Of a stretch of 64,000 bases of DNA, positions 41,241 to 53,161 are shown piece after piece. This stretch comes from Pavona decussata (lineage: Eukaryota). Location: assembly GCA_977016875.1 (NCBI GenBank), contig CDRNST010000084.1, forward strand, positions 1,674,001 to 1,738,000. The letters run 5' to 3'. Position 1 is the first letter of the stretch, and each line of letters starts with the position of its first letter. The notes beneath the pieces were generated by a model. The model did no database searches. It was given only the letters and a program-made list of their open reading frames with translations, and had not been told where the DNA came from. The position numbers and the translations under genes are program-made.

Positions 41241-43171
41241 ATCATTATCATAATATCGATTTCTTAAAAAAAAAAAAAAAGATTAAAACTTTCAAAATAG
41301 TAATCGAAAATAGTAATACTACTCATGACGATAAATCGGTTTAGAAGTCCTCGGTTAAAAGCCACGCCTTTAGCATATTATCACTGGGCTCGCCCCCTTT
41401 TGCAGCCGCTTAAAATGGTTATCCCCTTCCTCGATAATATTCCAAACGTCCAGGGCCCATCTTTGATATTCACGGAGATAAATCATTAGCCAGAGTATAA
41501 AATGTATTAATTGGAGTATATTTTATTCGTTGTACATATAGCAACTTGTAATGTACTGTTACGTTGTCTGTTCGTTGAACAACCGTGGCCAGCAATACTA
41601 AATACAGCCTCTTGAAGGCCGGTATGACGTGCCGGGACGCAAGTTTAAGCTGTTCGAGGATGAAGCTAGTAAGACACATGACGTGTAAAGCGGCGCTTAA
41701 CGCCAGGAAACAGGGACATACGGAAGGCCTCAGTGTGGAGGAAAACTATTTTTACCACCTGAAACAAAGAAAAATTAAATCCTTTTGTTTCGAAGAGACA
41801 AAAAATGTCGCTTAGAGTAAGAAGTAAGGTCAGCTAGATTTTTCGGAAAGCCACAAAAACAGCTCGTAAATTCGATGGATTGCGGGCAGGACTTAACAAT
41901 TTAGGTAAAGAATTTGGACGAATTAAATATGTTAGCGCACACAAATACCTTTGAAAGGCCCATAAAAGGTCTTGAAAAATAGAAAATGACATTTCTTTTG
42001 AAGTATTTTTCTCAAATATTCTCGTTGGGTTACGGCTCCCGAGCCAGGAAATCTTTCTTTTCTTGTTTTTGTACTTGAAACAAGAACAACAAGTAGCTTT
42101 CTTCCAGTACAGTTTTGGAAGACACAAAATTTTAATTATATTATGAATCAAAATGACAGTGAGCTTTCAAGCAAAACAAAACATGATGAAATGAACTTTG
42201 GGTCGCCCTGGATACTGACCAAGCAGACGCAACCGGAAACTCAATAACCAGAAAACACGGTTAGCAGTGATCTGAGTCCGTGACAAGTCATGGCCTCCTG
42301 ACACTGTTTCCTATTGACAACCAAAAACAACAGTAGAAAAGAGGAGCACGTGCTTCGATTCCTTTTATGTCAATCATAATGCTTACACTGCATTCAGTGC
42401 GCGGGATACTAACTGTAATGGCAGTGGGCTATACGAGGCTAGGAGGCTCCGCTCGAAAGGGGTTATTTTTCAGGCTGGTACATCAAAGGATAGGCATTTC
42501 ACGAGCTGAAGTATAGAAAAGAGTAGTGGAAATTGTCATTTAGGTATTTTAAAGGGCCTTTTACTGAATATCTCGGACACTGACCAATCGAAAAGAGATG
42601 CATTTTTTCTACATGTATGTGAACTGAAGTGACATTTGAAAGGGTAAGGGTTTCAGGACCTTTGTGCATTATTACTTTTTCTTAGGTAAAAGATCAATTG
42701 CCTTAGAATGATCTAAATGTATGCACGCGTGCGTTTTCCTCTCGCTGATATTTTCCCCATGGCCTATTCACTAAGCTTGCACGAAGGCTCTTTGGCTCGC
42801 TTTTATACAGAGTCATAATTATGATAGCCAATGCAAGGTGCCACGTTTGGTGACGAGGTTGTCCGTTGCTTGTGCTATCGTGTTCAGAAGTCGAGTTAAT
42901 CGTCTTGTCTATCCACATTCCGGAATTTTGTTGTTATTGTATTCGCGTTCGATAAAGAACAGTCATACTTTTTTGCTCAATTGGCAAAACACGAACTGGC
43001 TTTGATCGAGCAACGGTGCCCAGACTTCGTCTCAACTCAAGTTCAGAGAGTTCTGTTTCTTTCACATGACTCTTCCTCGAACAACGGGCAGGATCAGCCT
43101 TGATGGGCTTTGAGGAAGTATTTTTGTCTTATGAATTCACTAGGTTTAAATAATATTGGTAGTTTTTATGC

Positions 43172-43776
43172 TTGTATCAAATCACTAAACTACAACGAGT
43201 CCAAAACACCACCACTAGGTTAATAACGAGCACTAGGAACAGGAGTATGACCATATCACTCCAGTTCTCTATGAACTTCACTGGTTGCCATGCAGTGCTT
43301 AACAACAACAACAATTTATTTACAGATTCAGATTATATAAAGGGCTTGTCCCGCAAATAGCCACAAAGCTAGTCGAGGCGGGACAAGAAAAAAAAATTTA
43401 CAGTAAATTACAAACATGCTGGAAAACGGAAAACTTAACTTTACATAATGATGCAGATTTAGATAAGGCATACATCAAAATTAATGACATCAAAATTTAT
43501 CCCATCTAGTTTAAATGTTAATTATCCCTTTTGAGGCCATACATAGCATGTCACCTAGTTACATCAGTAACATAGTCAGCATTAGGTCCTGTTCTGCATA
43601 TTCATTACGATCGAATATGCTCGTATAGATCGTATAGATCGTCCAGAGGTGCGCATGCTCACAACTTTAGCCGCTCGTTCGAATTTTTATTTCGCTTTTA
43701 TCTAGGCTATTTCCTAATATTTGTAAAGCACTTTTGATCATTTTTATGTTAAAAGGCGCTATAGTAAGTTGATAAA
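43172..43776 (+). mobile_element. Decayed L2/CR1-clade LINE 3' fragment, interrupted by another insertion
   Basis: Frameshifted KLQRVQN..RLIT / DHITPVLYELHWLP, later AIHSMSPSYISNIV..YSLRSN, then a TGTAAAGCAC...GGCGCTATA 3' end and a microsatellite tail. Confidence 0.75.
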
Positions 43777-43856
43777 TCATCATCATCATCATCATCATTA
43801 TCATTATCATTATCGTTATCGTTATCGTTATCGTTATCGTTATCGTTATCGTTATC

Positions 43857-43933
<77 letters not shown>

Positions 43934-43947
43934 GATCATCATCATCA
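43777..43947. repeat. Compound microsatellite (CAT)n(TATCAT)n(TATCGT)n(TAT)n
   Basis: Read directly from the sequence; explains the homopolymeric ORFs here. Confidence 0.95.
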
Positions 43948-44579
43948 CAGATACGCAAGGTTCTATTAAAGTTTGGCGGTTAGGCTTTTTTGGCCTTTTC
44001 TTGGTGGCGAATGGCGGATACGTTTTCATTTTTGTGGCGGTTTACGGTTACTTTTCTGCACAGTTTTCGGTTTTACCAATTGCTTAGGAGTGGATTACAG
44101 TAATAAACAGTCTGCGATTCGACCCGTCCCTTATTCTTCCTCGGAACTGGACTAAAAAGTGGCATTCTCGGTGTAGAATAGCAAACTGGCTCTGGATGAT
44201 CATTGGCATTAAGGGCTTTCTGGCCGCTTAGTGGGCTGTAAATAACGCTCGACTGCTTGTGTTAAAGTGTTTTTGACCGATTTTTTTTTATTTGCTTCAT
44301 CAAACCTTCATGTTGTTCTCGTACGAAAATAGTAAAAAAAATTGCCTTGTCAATTTTTCTTCCCCCGTTTGGGGCGTCTAACCGTATTTCACTTCCAGTT
44401 GGATACAATACCGCGCAAGGCGGGGGAGTGGTGATAGTCAGGTAGGGCTGTGACGTCAAAACAGCAACGTTAGTTTCGCGATTTCTGTAATCCTCAGTGG
44501 TTTTTCGTGCGCAGAGGAAGAAAACTGGGTGGACGAAAATATGAATGGGATTGTTGAATACTCAGAACTGGCCGACTCT

Positions 44580-45010
44580 CTCGTGCAGACGTGCCTACCA
44601 CAAGACTAAATTGTTTTTCTCTGTCTTCATTCAGTTCCAAGCTACTTTCTATCATATTTTACTAGATTTTCTAACATTCATGACTACACAACAAGGCAGA
44701 GTCTTAGGTTATCCCTACCAAAGGTTAAACTTAATTATGGTAGAATGACTTTCCTCTTTAGTGGCGCAAAAATTTTTAATGAACTCCCGTAAACAGTGCA
44801 AATGCATACACACCTTTTGCCGCCGAGCAAGACATTTTTTCCTTATCATGACTTTTGATGACGTTTCCTTGTAATTTTATTATATTTTAGGATTCTTAAA
44901 TGATGTAATATTAATTCTTTATGCAAGAAATTATTAAGATGCAGAGCCCCTATGGATATCAGCCTTTGAGCTGAATGGTTGAAATGAAGTTTTTACTTAC
45001 TTACTTTCTT
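44580..45010 (+). mobile_element. LINE (CR1/L2) 3' fragment
   Basis: Encodes LSLPKVKLNYGRMTFLFSGAKIFNELP; ends in a (TACT)n tail. Confidence 0.65.
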
Positions 45011-45843
45011 ACTCAGAATGAAACTACTTGTGGAGACTATTCATCGTCATCATCATTTACCCTCGGATTTTACGCTTGCGTTTCCTGTGACGCTTGGGTT
45101 TCCAGTGACAAGGCCATCTTGGTTAGAGAAGCAAGAAACTGAAAGCGGGTAAGGTAAGCAACTGCAATACATTTGGCTTCTGCCGCAGAATAGCCCTGGG
45201 GATAGTTTTTCAAAAGTCCCGATAACTAACCGGCCCCGACAAATGAGTCTTGAAATCCACTCAGAATTATAAAGATTTTAAATTTATGGTCGCTTTCAAG
45301 GCAGGCATAAGGTGGAGCGAGGGAAGGAGGGACGAGCAGTGGGAAGAGAGGAGAGAGAGAGCTCAGACGACAGAGGAGTACATCGCCGCCACAACAGCTG
45401 ACTCGCCTCCACCTGCAGAAACTGTAACAAAGTGTGTCGTATCAAGCTTCCGCTGCACTGCCTCAGCAGACGCTGCAGTGTCAACCTCGTTCTCAGGACC
45501 CTGGGAACGAGGTTGACCCTGCAGCACCATTGTTGACTTACCTATGGTGCACAGGCCACTGTCTCCTGAGACAGACGGTCGCCAACATGTATTTACGATC
45601 ATCTAAATCAAGCTACTTGTTGTCAGTAAACCGAACTGATTACGAGGCTGACACTACGGCAAAGGAACAAATCACTTAATGACTAGCCCCTCGAGAAACC
45701 AGTTAACTTTGTTTCCCTCGAAGTCAATGTTTTCCTCGACTTCGTCTCGGGAGACGTGAGACATGGGATCGAGACCAGTCATTAAGTGTTAAATGTTTAC
45801 GTTTAAGAGCCGTTATTTTCTCTTACTGTGACTGGCCCTGGGG

Positions 45844-46301
45844 CAGCCTCGTTCAACAATGGTGACCGCCGACCGGTTAGCTCAATTGGTAGAGTGCCGG
45901 ACTACCGTGCGGGAGGTCGTGGGTTGAAATCCCGGCCGGACCAACACTCAGGGTCTTTAAATAACTGAGGAGAAAGTGCTGCCTTTGCTCTGACAGCTGC
46001 AAATGGTTAGACTTTCTAGTCTTCTCGAATAAGGACGATAAACCGTAGGCCCCGTCTCACAAACCTTGTTTGTAAATAACTCTATGGGACGTTAAAGAAC
46101 CCACTCACTGTTCGCAAAGAGTAGGGGACGTAGTTCCCGGTGTTGTGGTCTGGTCTTTGTGTGTATATTATCATGGTTGGGTGGGAAAATGCTCGGAGAC
46201 ATTAGCTGCATTAAGCTACTCTACAATCCGAGGGTAAATAAAGATTGATGATGATGATGATGATGATGTTCCCAGGGTCCTCTCCCACTCGCACGAGGAT
46301 G
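45844..46301. mobile_element. Tiny TIR element (CAGCCTCGT...ACGAGGATG) interrupted by the SINE
   Basis: The halves CAGCCTCGTTC and GTTCCCAGGGTCC...ACGAGGATG rejoin; flanks gCCCTGGGG / tCCCTGGGG form a near-perfect 9-bp TSD. Confidence 0.6.
45865..46268 (+). mobile_element. Full-length tRNA-derived SINE with Deu/Nin-like central domain and (GAT)n tail
   Basis: A box TAGCTCAATTGG (45878); B-box-like GGTTGAAATCC (45922); centre TAAACCGTAGGCCCCGTCT...GGACGTTAAAGAACCC...AAGAGTAGGGG...TTCCCGGTGT resembles the AmnSINE1/DeuSINE domain; AATAAA then (GAT)n. Confidence 0.8.
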
Positions 46302-46864
46302 TCCCTGGGGAAAACAAGTGGTGGTAGTTGAAATATTGGCCCAAATAAACTTCTCAGTTTTCGTAGTGACATCCCTGCAATCTGTTTGGTGTCACTTTGT
46401 ACGTAAAGTAACGTAGTATCTCTACTACAAGCTGACGAAAAGTATTCAGATCAGTTTGTGCGTTGTGCGGCATTCCTCTGCATTCAAAAGTTTCGTACTG
46501 GTTGCTGTTGTTGTTGTCAGTGAGGTTTTGGGGGACTTTTTCGAAAATTAACGGTTATCTGGATAATACCTGCATAAAATGCTGTGAACCCGTTATCGCA
46601 GTTAATGACACACAACGGTTGAAACTGAGACACGAGTCAACTTTATCATAAAACCTTACACGAAAAAATTTTCTGAATCTTCGCCCTACACCGTTGCATA
46701 GATGTCGTCAGAGGTGCCGGATTGCCGCTCTTATTTTTTTCTCGGAGAGTTCGACAGGAAAGTCAGTCATAGCTTGCGAGCAGTTCTTTTCGGTGGGGTG
46801 GTGGTGGGGGGTGGGGGAGGAGAACAGCCTGAAGGGAACTTGCTTGCTGGTTTATTCAGTCAGT

Positions 46865-47022
46865 ATAGGTGGTTTGCATTGCCGCCATGTTGGTGGACAA
46901 AACAAAAGAAAATTTGCCCACAAATTTTGCATAAAAATGGAAGTGAACTCTCAAAGGAGAAAAATCTTATTGTTCCTGTCCACCAACATGGCCGCCATGA
47001 CGTCACATGCAAACCATCAATA
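46865..47022. mobile_element. MITE (GCCGCCATGTTGG family)
   Basis: GGTTTGCAT..GCCGCCATGTTGGTGGACA / TGTCCACCAACATGGCCGC..ATGCAAACC. Confidence 0.65.
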
Positions 47023-47089
47023 GTGCACTGAACTTCAACTTACAAGGCAGTGTGATGTTCTTTTAGACAGCCTCTGAGGGTAATGAAAT

Positions 47090-47175
47090 CTGACAAAGCG
47101 CTAACGCTCGAAAAGACAGCTCTCCAATCTTTTTATAGTGCTCACTGAATTACCTTCTCAACGCAGTTGGTAATG
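47090..47175 (+). mobile_element. Degenerate Penelope-type repeat with decayed hammerhead core
   Basis: CTGACAAAGCGCTAACGCTCGAAAAGACAGC resembles CTGACGAAGGGCTAACGCTCGAAACGTCAGC (recalled consensus) with the core mutated. Confidence 0.45.
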
Positions 47176-47608
47176 TAACAGGGGCTTTTGGGAAATTTGG
47201 CTCCGTGACTGAGCGAGAGGTCGCCTGTTACCTTTCGAGATCTTTTTTACACCAAGTAGACCAGATCTTCTTCAAGGAACGTAGTGTTTATTGCAGATCT
47301 TGACTCATTCTGGTAAAAGCAGGACTCAAGAGCTTTTCCTAACGAATATTAATTATTTTGTCATATAAGACCCGTAGCGTTATATTATTTAGACAACTCA
47401 ATCTCACTTGCCTAAGCTTAGCAAATAGAGAAAATTCTAAAGTTATTACTTTTCGCGCCTTTACAAACTGAAGCTTACTTCTTATTCGAAAGAACAGCAG
47501 GTGTTCAGCACCTATGTGTTTTACTTGTCGGTTACAAAGGCTGCGATATTTCCTAAACTGAGTGAGATCTTCTTTAACTTAAAAGTGTCCCGTAACAGTA
47601 AAATCGAA

Positions 47609-47799
47609 TACAGTCAACTCCCTTTATTGCAGACACCTTTAGGACCGCAAGTTAGTGTCCTTAATAGCGAGATTCCGTAACAGCGGGGATTTATTTCAGA
47701 CAAACGTCTGTAATTTATTTTTGCCAGGGATTTAACTGCTGTCCGTATTATCGGGGTGTCCGTAATAGCGAGGTGTCCGCAAGGCGAGAGTTGACTTTA
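47609..47799. mobile_element. Tc1/mariner-type MITE
   Basis: TA-CAGTCAACTCCCTTTATTGCAGACACC / GGTGTCCGCAAGGCGAGAGTTGACTT-TA. Confidence 0.65.
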
Positions 47800-49300
47800 T
47801 TAATTTCAGTACGTTTTTCTTGTGGTTGGTGTGAAGCAAACCTCGAATTGAAGAACATGGGTACTGGAGAATTTTAGTGATTTTCTTTTTTAACTGTAAA
47901 AAAAAAAGGCTTTTTCTAATTTCTTTTAAAGCAGAAGCCGAAATGCTGAGCTAAAGACCTAACTCCGAAGAATTACAACACATGATGTGGTTCGTTCTTA
48001 TTGACTCAGAAATCCACCCTCTTAGTATGGATTTCCAAATGTATAAAGTAGAAATACTGTTTACAATAGTTGCGGCTGTATTCAAAATATCGTACATCTT
48101 TAAACGCAACTTTTCTCCATCGAAGGCAAGTAAAAAATGGTTAAAATTTACCGCTGTCCTCGTTATCTTCTAATTATAAATCAGTGTTGAGTTTCGTGAC
48201 CACACCCTGTTAACCTAAAAAATTTCCATAAACACTCGCGATCGCGTCAACAAGCATTCGACACGGCATACATCGTGAATTTCGTGACCTTTGCCCAGCT
48301 TCTAGCTGAAGAGCATTTCTGCAGTATATTTTTCATACATACTAAGTAATTCTTTGGATGATTGTTGTGTGGTCGTTAGGGGAGGTTATTTTTGAGGGTT
48401 GGGGGCCCTTTTTGCTGACCGTTGCCATTATCGAGAGTGGGCTGTTGAAGGGAGGTTAAAATAAGAGCAAATGTATGGTCATGTATGGATCGTGGGCCTG
48501 GTCGTTAGTAGAGGTTCACTACTGTATTCAGCAGAATACGTTTTCCCAGGAACTTAGAGGACAGAGAAACCGCTAAACAAACGAACAAGCAAACAAACAA
48601 AATAAAAACACGGGCAATTCACAGCTTACCAAAAGGACTGAAGCATCTCCTGCTTTTTAAAAATAGGTTTGAACATACACCATTCGCTAATGAAAAAAAC
48701 AGATGCGAGATTCTCATGGGGTAGTCAAATATAAAAAGCTGCAATTACCAATCGATTATCCAGCTAAGCCGTTTCTGTTCATCTGGCATCCCTTCTAAGT
48801 TCAATAAACTTTGCGGCGAACTTCTGTCCTTTGCAAATTATGCATCAAGCAAACTCCCTCACCCTAACCGCCAAAAACGTGCTGATTAGTGCACGTTTGT
48901 CACCCACTGCGTTTCATATAAGTAAACAGGAAAGTTGAGCATTGTACGGTCGGCACGCTTAGATCGTCGGCTCGTACTTTCCTGGCCTCACCCATTCGGC
49001 TTCCGAAAGTAATTTTATAAATGCATTTATAATATTCGACAAATCAGGACAAATTGGCTTGACGTTTCGGACCCAGGAAGAATCCTTTAACGCTCCTAAT
49101 AAAAGTATGCGGCTCTAAGACGAAAAGTAAAGTTTATGATCTTTGGAATTAAAGCGAACTAGGATATACCGTGATTAAAACTGAGAAGGAGATTGATAAT
49201 AGAAGTCCCGTGATTTGTATCGGAATAGTTCTGCTTATTATAAACTTGGAACGGATTTTCCTTTAACAGTTCGTTTGAACACTTAACGGTGATTCACTGA

Positions 49301-49367
<67 letters not shown>
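49301..49367. repeat. (AAT)n microsatellite
   Basis: Read directly from the sequence. Confidence 0.95.
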
Positions 49368-50880
49368 TAGTTTGATTCTATTAAAACCTGAGTGATTTCA
49401 CAGTTTGCTGTCATAAAATTGTAAAATATCAACATCTTATATATAAAAGCTAATTTATATGGGTTTGGTTCAGAAGATAAAAGAACAATTTCCATTGATG
49501 TAATAAAAATATATATACCCTCATAATAAGAATATTCTAAATAAATACCCAGTCACAGTGTTTCCAATCATACACTAAAATGAGAAAAATTCAGAAACCT
49601 ATCAATCAACCCATAATGAAGTTTCTATAGCAGTCTAGGAAAGTCCAGCTTGGCCGTTCTCTATTTCGAGATCCCTCTCCTTAACGTCTAAGTTCCTCCT
49701 TCTCGGGGTTCTCGATCCTCTTAGGCATAGGAGCGCGCTCCGCAAAATTGCAAAGGACACTTTCGCCCTGACCCACGAAATTGAAACAATAATAATAATA
49801 ATAGGGAGGGAGGGAGAGGACTACGCCAGCACCGTGTCTTGGCTAAGAGCAAAAGTATCCTTTGCTATCCTCTTCTCGGCTCTCCTCTGCCTTAGAGGTT
49901 TCAGAGGAAGAAGAAGAAATGTAGACCTTCAGGACACAGACATTAGAATCGAGAATAATAATAAATGCAGAGATGATATGGACCATAGCCAATTGCTGTT
50001 CACCAATTACCAATCCAATGGCCGAGTATTTCGGTTCAATATAGCGTGATGTAGACGTTCGATGAATGTAGCTGAGTTTGAAGAGATTTTCATAAATACT
50101 TATAGAAGAATGCCCTTTTCCCTTCCTTTAGAAAAGTGGACAGTGAAATTATTTCTTAAGAAATTGTGAGAAACTGCTTCATGTTCAAAGCTGCATTCCA
50201 TCTATGCGTGATGGCTGCGTTAATTCTGGTAAAAATTTTACATGCAACGTTCAACTGAGAACGAACTTTCTCGTGCTAATGATATATTCTTGACAGGTCT
50301 ATAATGATAATGCATTTTATTTACCACTTTTGCCTACGAATAGCAACAAAGTTCGGTATTACAAAATTCGTCTACCAGTAGCTAAGCTACAAAAATACAA
50401 GATAAGTTTAAAAAAACTTGAAACATGTGCAAAGTAAAACTTCTAAGCCAAATTACGTGAAACTCTGAGGAAAAGGACGCTTTTTCATGTCTAGGTCTTT
50501 CTATGTTAGACCCTTGTCAGCTCTTCGATCTTCAGCCAGGGAAATTATAATCGTGTACAGAGGCTGCTGAATAAGTCAGTCAGTTGTCAGTTGTTCGGAA
50601 GCTCTTCACCTTTCTATACTTCTTAGAAATAAATATGAGTCGGTTAGCTTTGTTACTTTGTAGTTCACCGCAGAAAAGGCTGCAATTGAGTGCCCAGTAA
50701 TCCAGCTATCCGACAGGGTTCGATGATAACAACAGGTTTACAACACGTGTTCGTTTGAAAGCGTTACTTCCTTTCCATTGTTATCCACTCCGTCTTACTG
50801 AAAACCAAAGACTAAAGCTGTAGAAATAAAAACAAATATTTTAAGAAGGGCATTCGTAACAGAAAACAAAAGTATTTTAA

Positions 50881-51584
50881 GGCGCTGTTACACTAGGCAA
50901 TTTTCTTTCAACTTGTCTCGCAATTTCGTTGCGCCGTTGTCAACCAAGTTGAAACGGATCGTTGTCTGGTGTAACATGCCCTGAAAATCAAATCAATGTT
51001 TTTTATTTTTATTTTTTTTTAAATAAATAGACTGAAATGAAAATCAAATAAAATCAATGTTTATTTGATAGCATGAGTACTGTCTTGCTTGCCTCACTTT
51101 GTGACATTTAAGGCTGCGTTCAACTGACCGCATTCCGGAATACGAATAAGCGGAATAGCTGTTAGAAGCGAAGAACCATTTGAATTTTTTCTTACGCAGA
51201 TCCGATATATAGCGTTGTATCTCATTCCATAGTTTTACACCATTCGAGAGAAGGAATGCTTTTGTATCTCTAATCAAGAACTAACACGTCCGGAGCTGGA
51301 TGATCATGTGTTTGTATGAATGGACACTGGACGTTTTCCCAAACAAATGTAGCATGTTTGATGGTGGGATTGTTATGAACATGCCTCGCAACGTTTTTGT
51401 TGCAGTCGCCTTTGCACGAAGTAGAACCGACTTCTACTTCTCGCGCGCAACGATTGCAGCAACAAAAAAATTGCGAGACACGTTCGTTTCAGGGCATGTT
51501 AGACTAGGCAATGATTCGTGCAACTTGTGTCACAACCATATTGCGAAACAAGCTGCAAGAAAAATTGACTAGTGTAAGAGCGCC
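50881..51584. mobile_element. Harbinger-like MITE containing a nested LINE 3' fragment and a half-MITE
   Basis: TIR GGCGCTGTTACACTAGGCAATTTT / AAAATTGACTAGTGTAAGAGCGCC; internal minus-strand GVKLWNEI...FK (LINE ORF2 C-terminus); one end of the 4587 family at ~51112-51158. Confidence 0.65.
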
Positions 51585-51872
51585 TTGTCAAGTTTGATGC
51601 AAAGCAATTTCTCGTAGTACACATTGTAATAGAGCGGCGTTATTTTAAAAATTGTGCTGTTTTGCAACTTATGCCTCTCTAGGAGTTAATTGATTTTATG
51701 AACATTCTCTGTCTTTCAAAGTTTGAGTGTTTTTATCGACAGGTTCCTTAAAAGTTCGACCGCAGCAAAACGATAGTCAGCTACAAAAACTTACTAATTA
51801 AAGTAAAACCGTGTGCTTTCCGGCAATTTCTCGACTCTGTACTCGTGTGCGGTGTTCAGTTTGAACTTATAC

Positions 51873-52014
51873 TATACTGGTTTGCAACCAATCCCTAGAG
51901 ATCCAGGCTACGGACAAATTAAAGGTGTGGCAGCCATGTTGGGTTTTGTCATCCAACATGGCTGCCATAGTGTTGTCTTTCTGATCTCTAGGGATTAGTT
52001 GCAAACCACCTATA
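51873..52014. mobile_element. MITE
   Basis: GGTTTGCAACCAATCCCTAGAGATC / GATCTCTAGGGATTAGTTGCAAACC inverted ends. Confidence 0.65.
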
Positions 52015-52758
52015 ATCCAATTATTTTTAGCTCTATGGGTTTATCGCTAAGCTTTGCCTAAAGTGAATATGGATCTTCACCCGAGATCTCAGCAATCAAG
52101 CACTAAAAACAATCAACGTCTTGTAATAATTATAATAACCTTTATTTATGCATCGACACGACAATACGGTTAAAGCCAAAGGCTTATGGGATCCTGTATC
52201 ACCTTGTTTCTAAGCTATTAATCAGTCCCCATTCAGCCAGGAAAGGTCTTTTCTGATCGTCAAGTTTAGATAGCTAAACAGTTTATCGGTATACCGTTAA
52301 CTCATCTCGACAACTTAAACCCTATAACGGCAATTACAAATGTGCTCGATTTTAATGAAGTTCGAGCGAGGGTACCTATGTTAACACGCCTATTCTGCTT
52401 TTAAAACTATTTCAACATTCATAATTTAAGTTACTTCTTTTCTCAAATATCATGTACATATATATGTATTTATTTATGTATTTATTTATTTATTTTGCAA
52501 AATGTAATTATTTCCCATGTCTTATATTGTACTGCCTCATTTCTTATCTGTGTGTGTCGAGTTCATGTGTCGTCTTGAATATACTGCATATTTATTTATA
52601 TTTTACACTGCCCGCCTCGATTACTTTTCGCTGCTTGCTTTCAGTGTAATTAACTTAAAAATTGGTAGCCATATAACAAAGATTTATTGACAGAAGATTG
52701 CGAGTTATCAGTTACTACAGGCTGTAGCAGCAACTGTATTTGACTTGAGAAGGAAGCA

Positions 52759-52889
52759 GGCCTCAATTGTTCATAGAGCGGATACTGACTCGCTATCCAG
52801 CCGATAAAGTGTACTCCAACTTATTTTGTCCGCTGGATAGCGACTTATCCGCTGGATAAAGTTATCCGACTCTTTGAACAACCAGCGCC
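52759..52889. mobile_element. Harbinger-like MITE with GGATA/TATCC repeats; related degenerate copy at ~41470-41590
   Basis: GGCCTCAATTGTTCATAGAGCGGATA / TATCCGACTCTTTGAACAACCAGCGCC. Confidence 0.55.
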
Positions 52890-53088
52890 AGGTTAACTTT
52901 TACGGCATTCCCTGAAGAAATGCATCATATATGCTGTCTACATATTATAAGGATCGAGACAGTTAAAGAAGCCGCCAATGTTACAAAGTAAAGCAACGAA
53001 CTGGCTGAATTATAAAAATCAAGATAAAATGGAAGACAAAACCGATAAAAATAGTTTCTTCAAAGACTTTATTCAGCCAGTAACAAAC

Positions 53089-53161
53089 CACCCTGCGAGC
53101 AGAGGCCCTTCCTCTTCCCGACTTATCTAATCTAGATCGAAGGGTCTCTGCTCGCAGGGTA
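53089..53161. mobile_element. 73-bp MITE with 9-bp TSD (AcademH-like)
   Basis: TIR CACCCTGCGAGCAGAGGCCCTT / AAGGGTCTCTGCTCGCAGGGTA; exact GTAACAAAC TSD. Confidence 0.8.

Noticed and set aside
43667-44029. Poly-I/N/Y/H ORFs
   Set aside because: Microsatellite translation artefacts.
45865-45945. tRNA gene
   Set aside because: No proper acceptor stem or cloverleaf; it continues into a SINE body and tail. The same applies at 59055.
49058-49095. Minus-strand GGATTCTTCCTGGGTCCGAAACGTC hammerhead-like half
   Set aside because: The CUGAnGA box is missing; at most a dead Penelope remnant.
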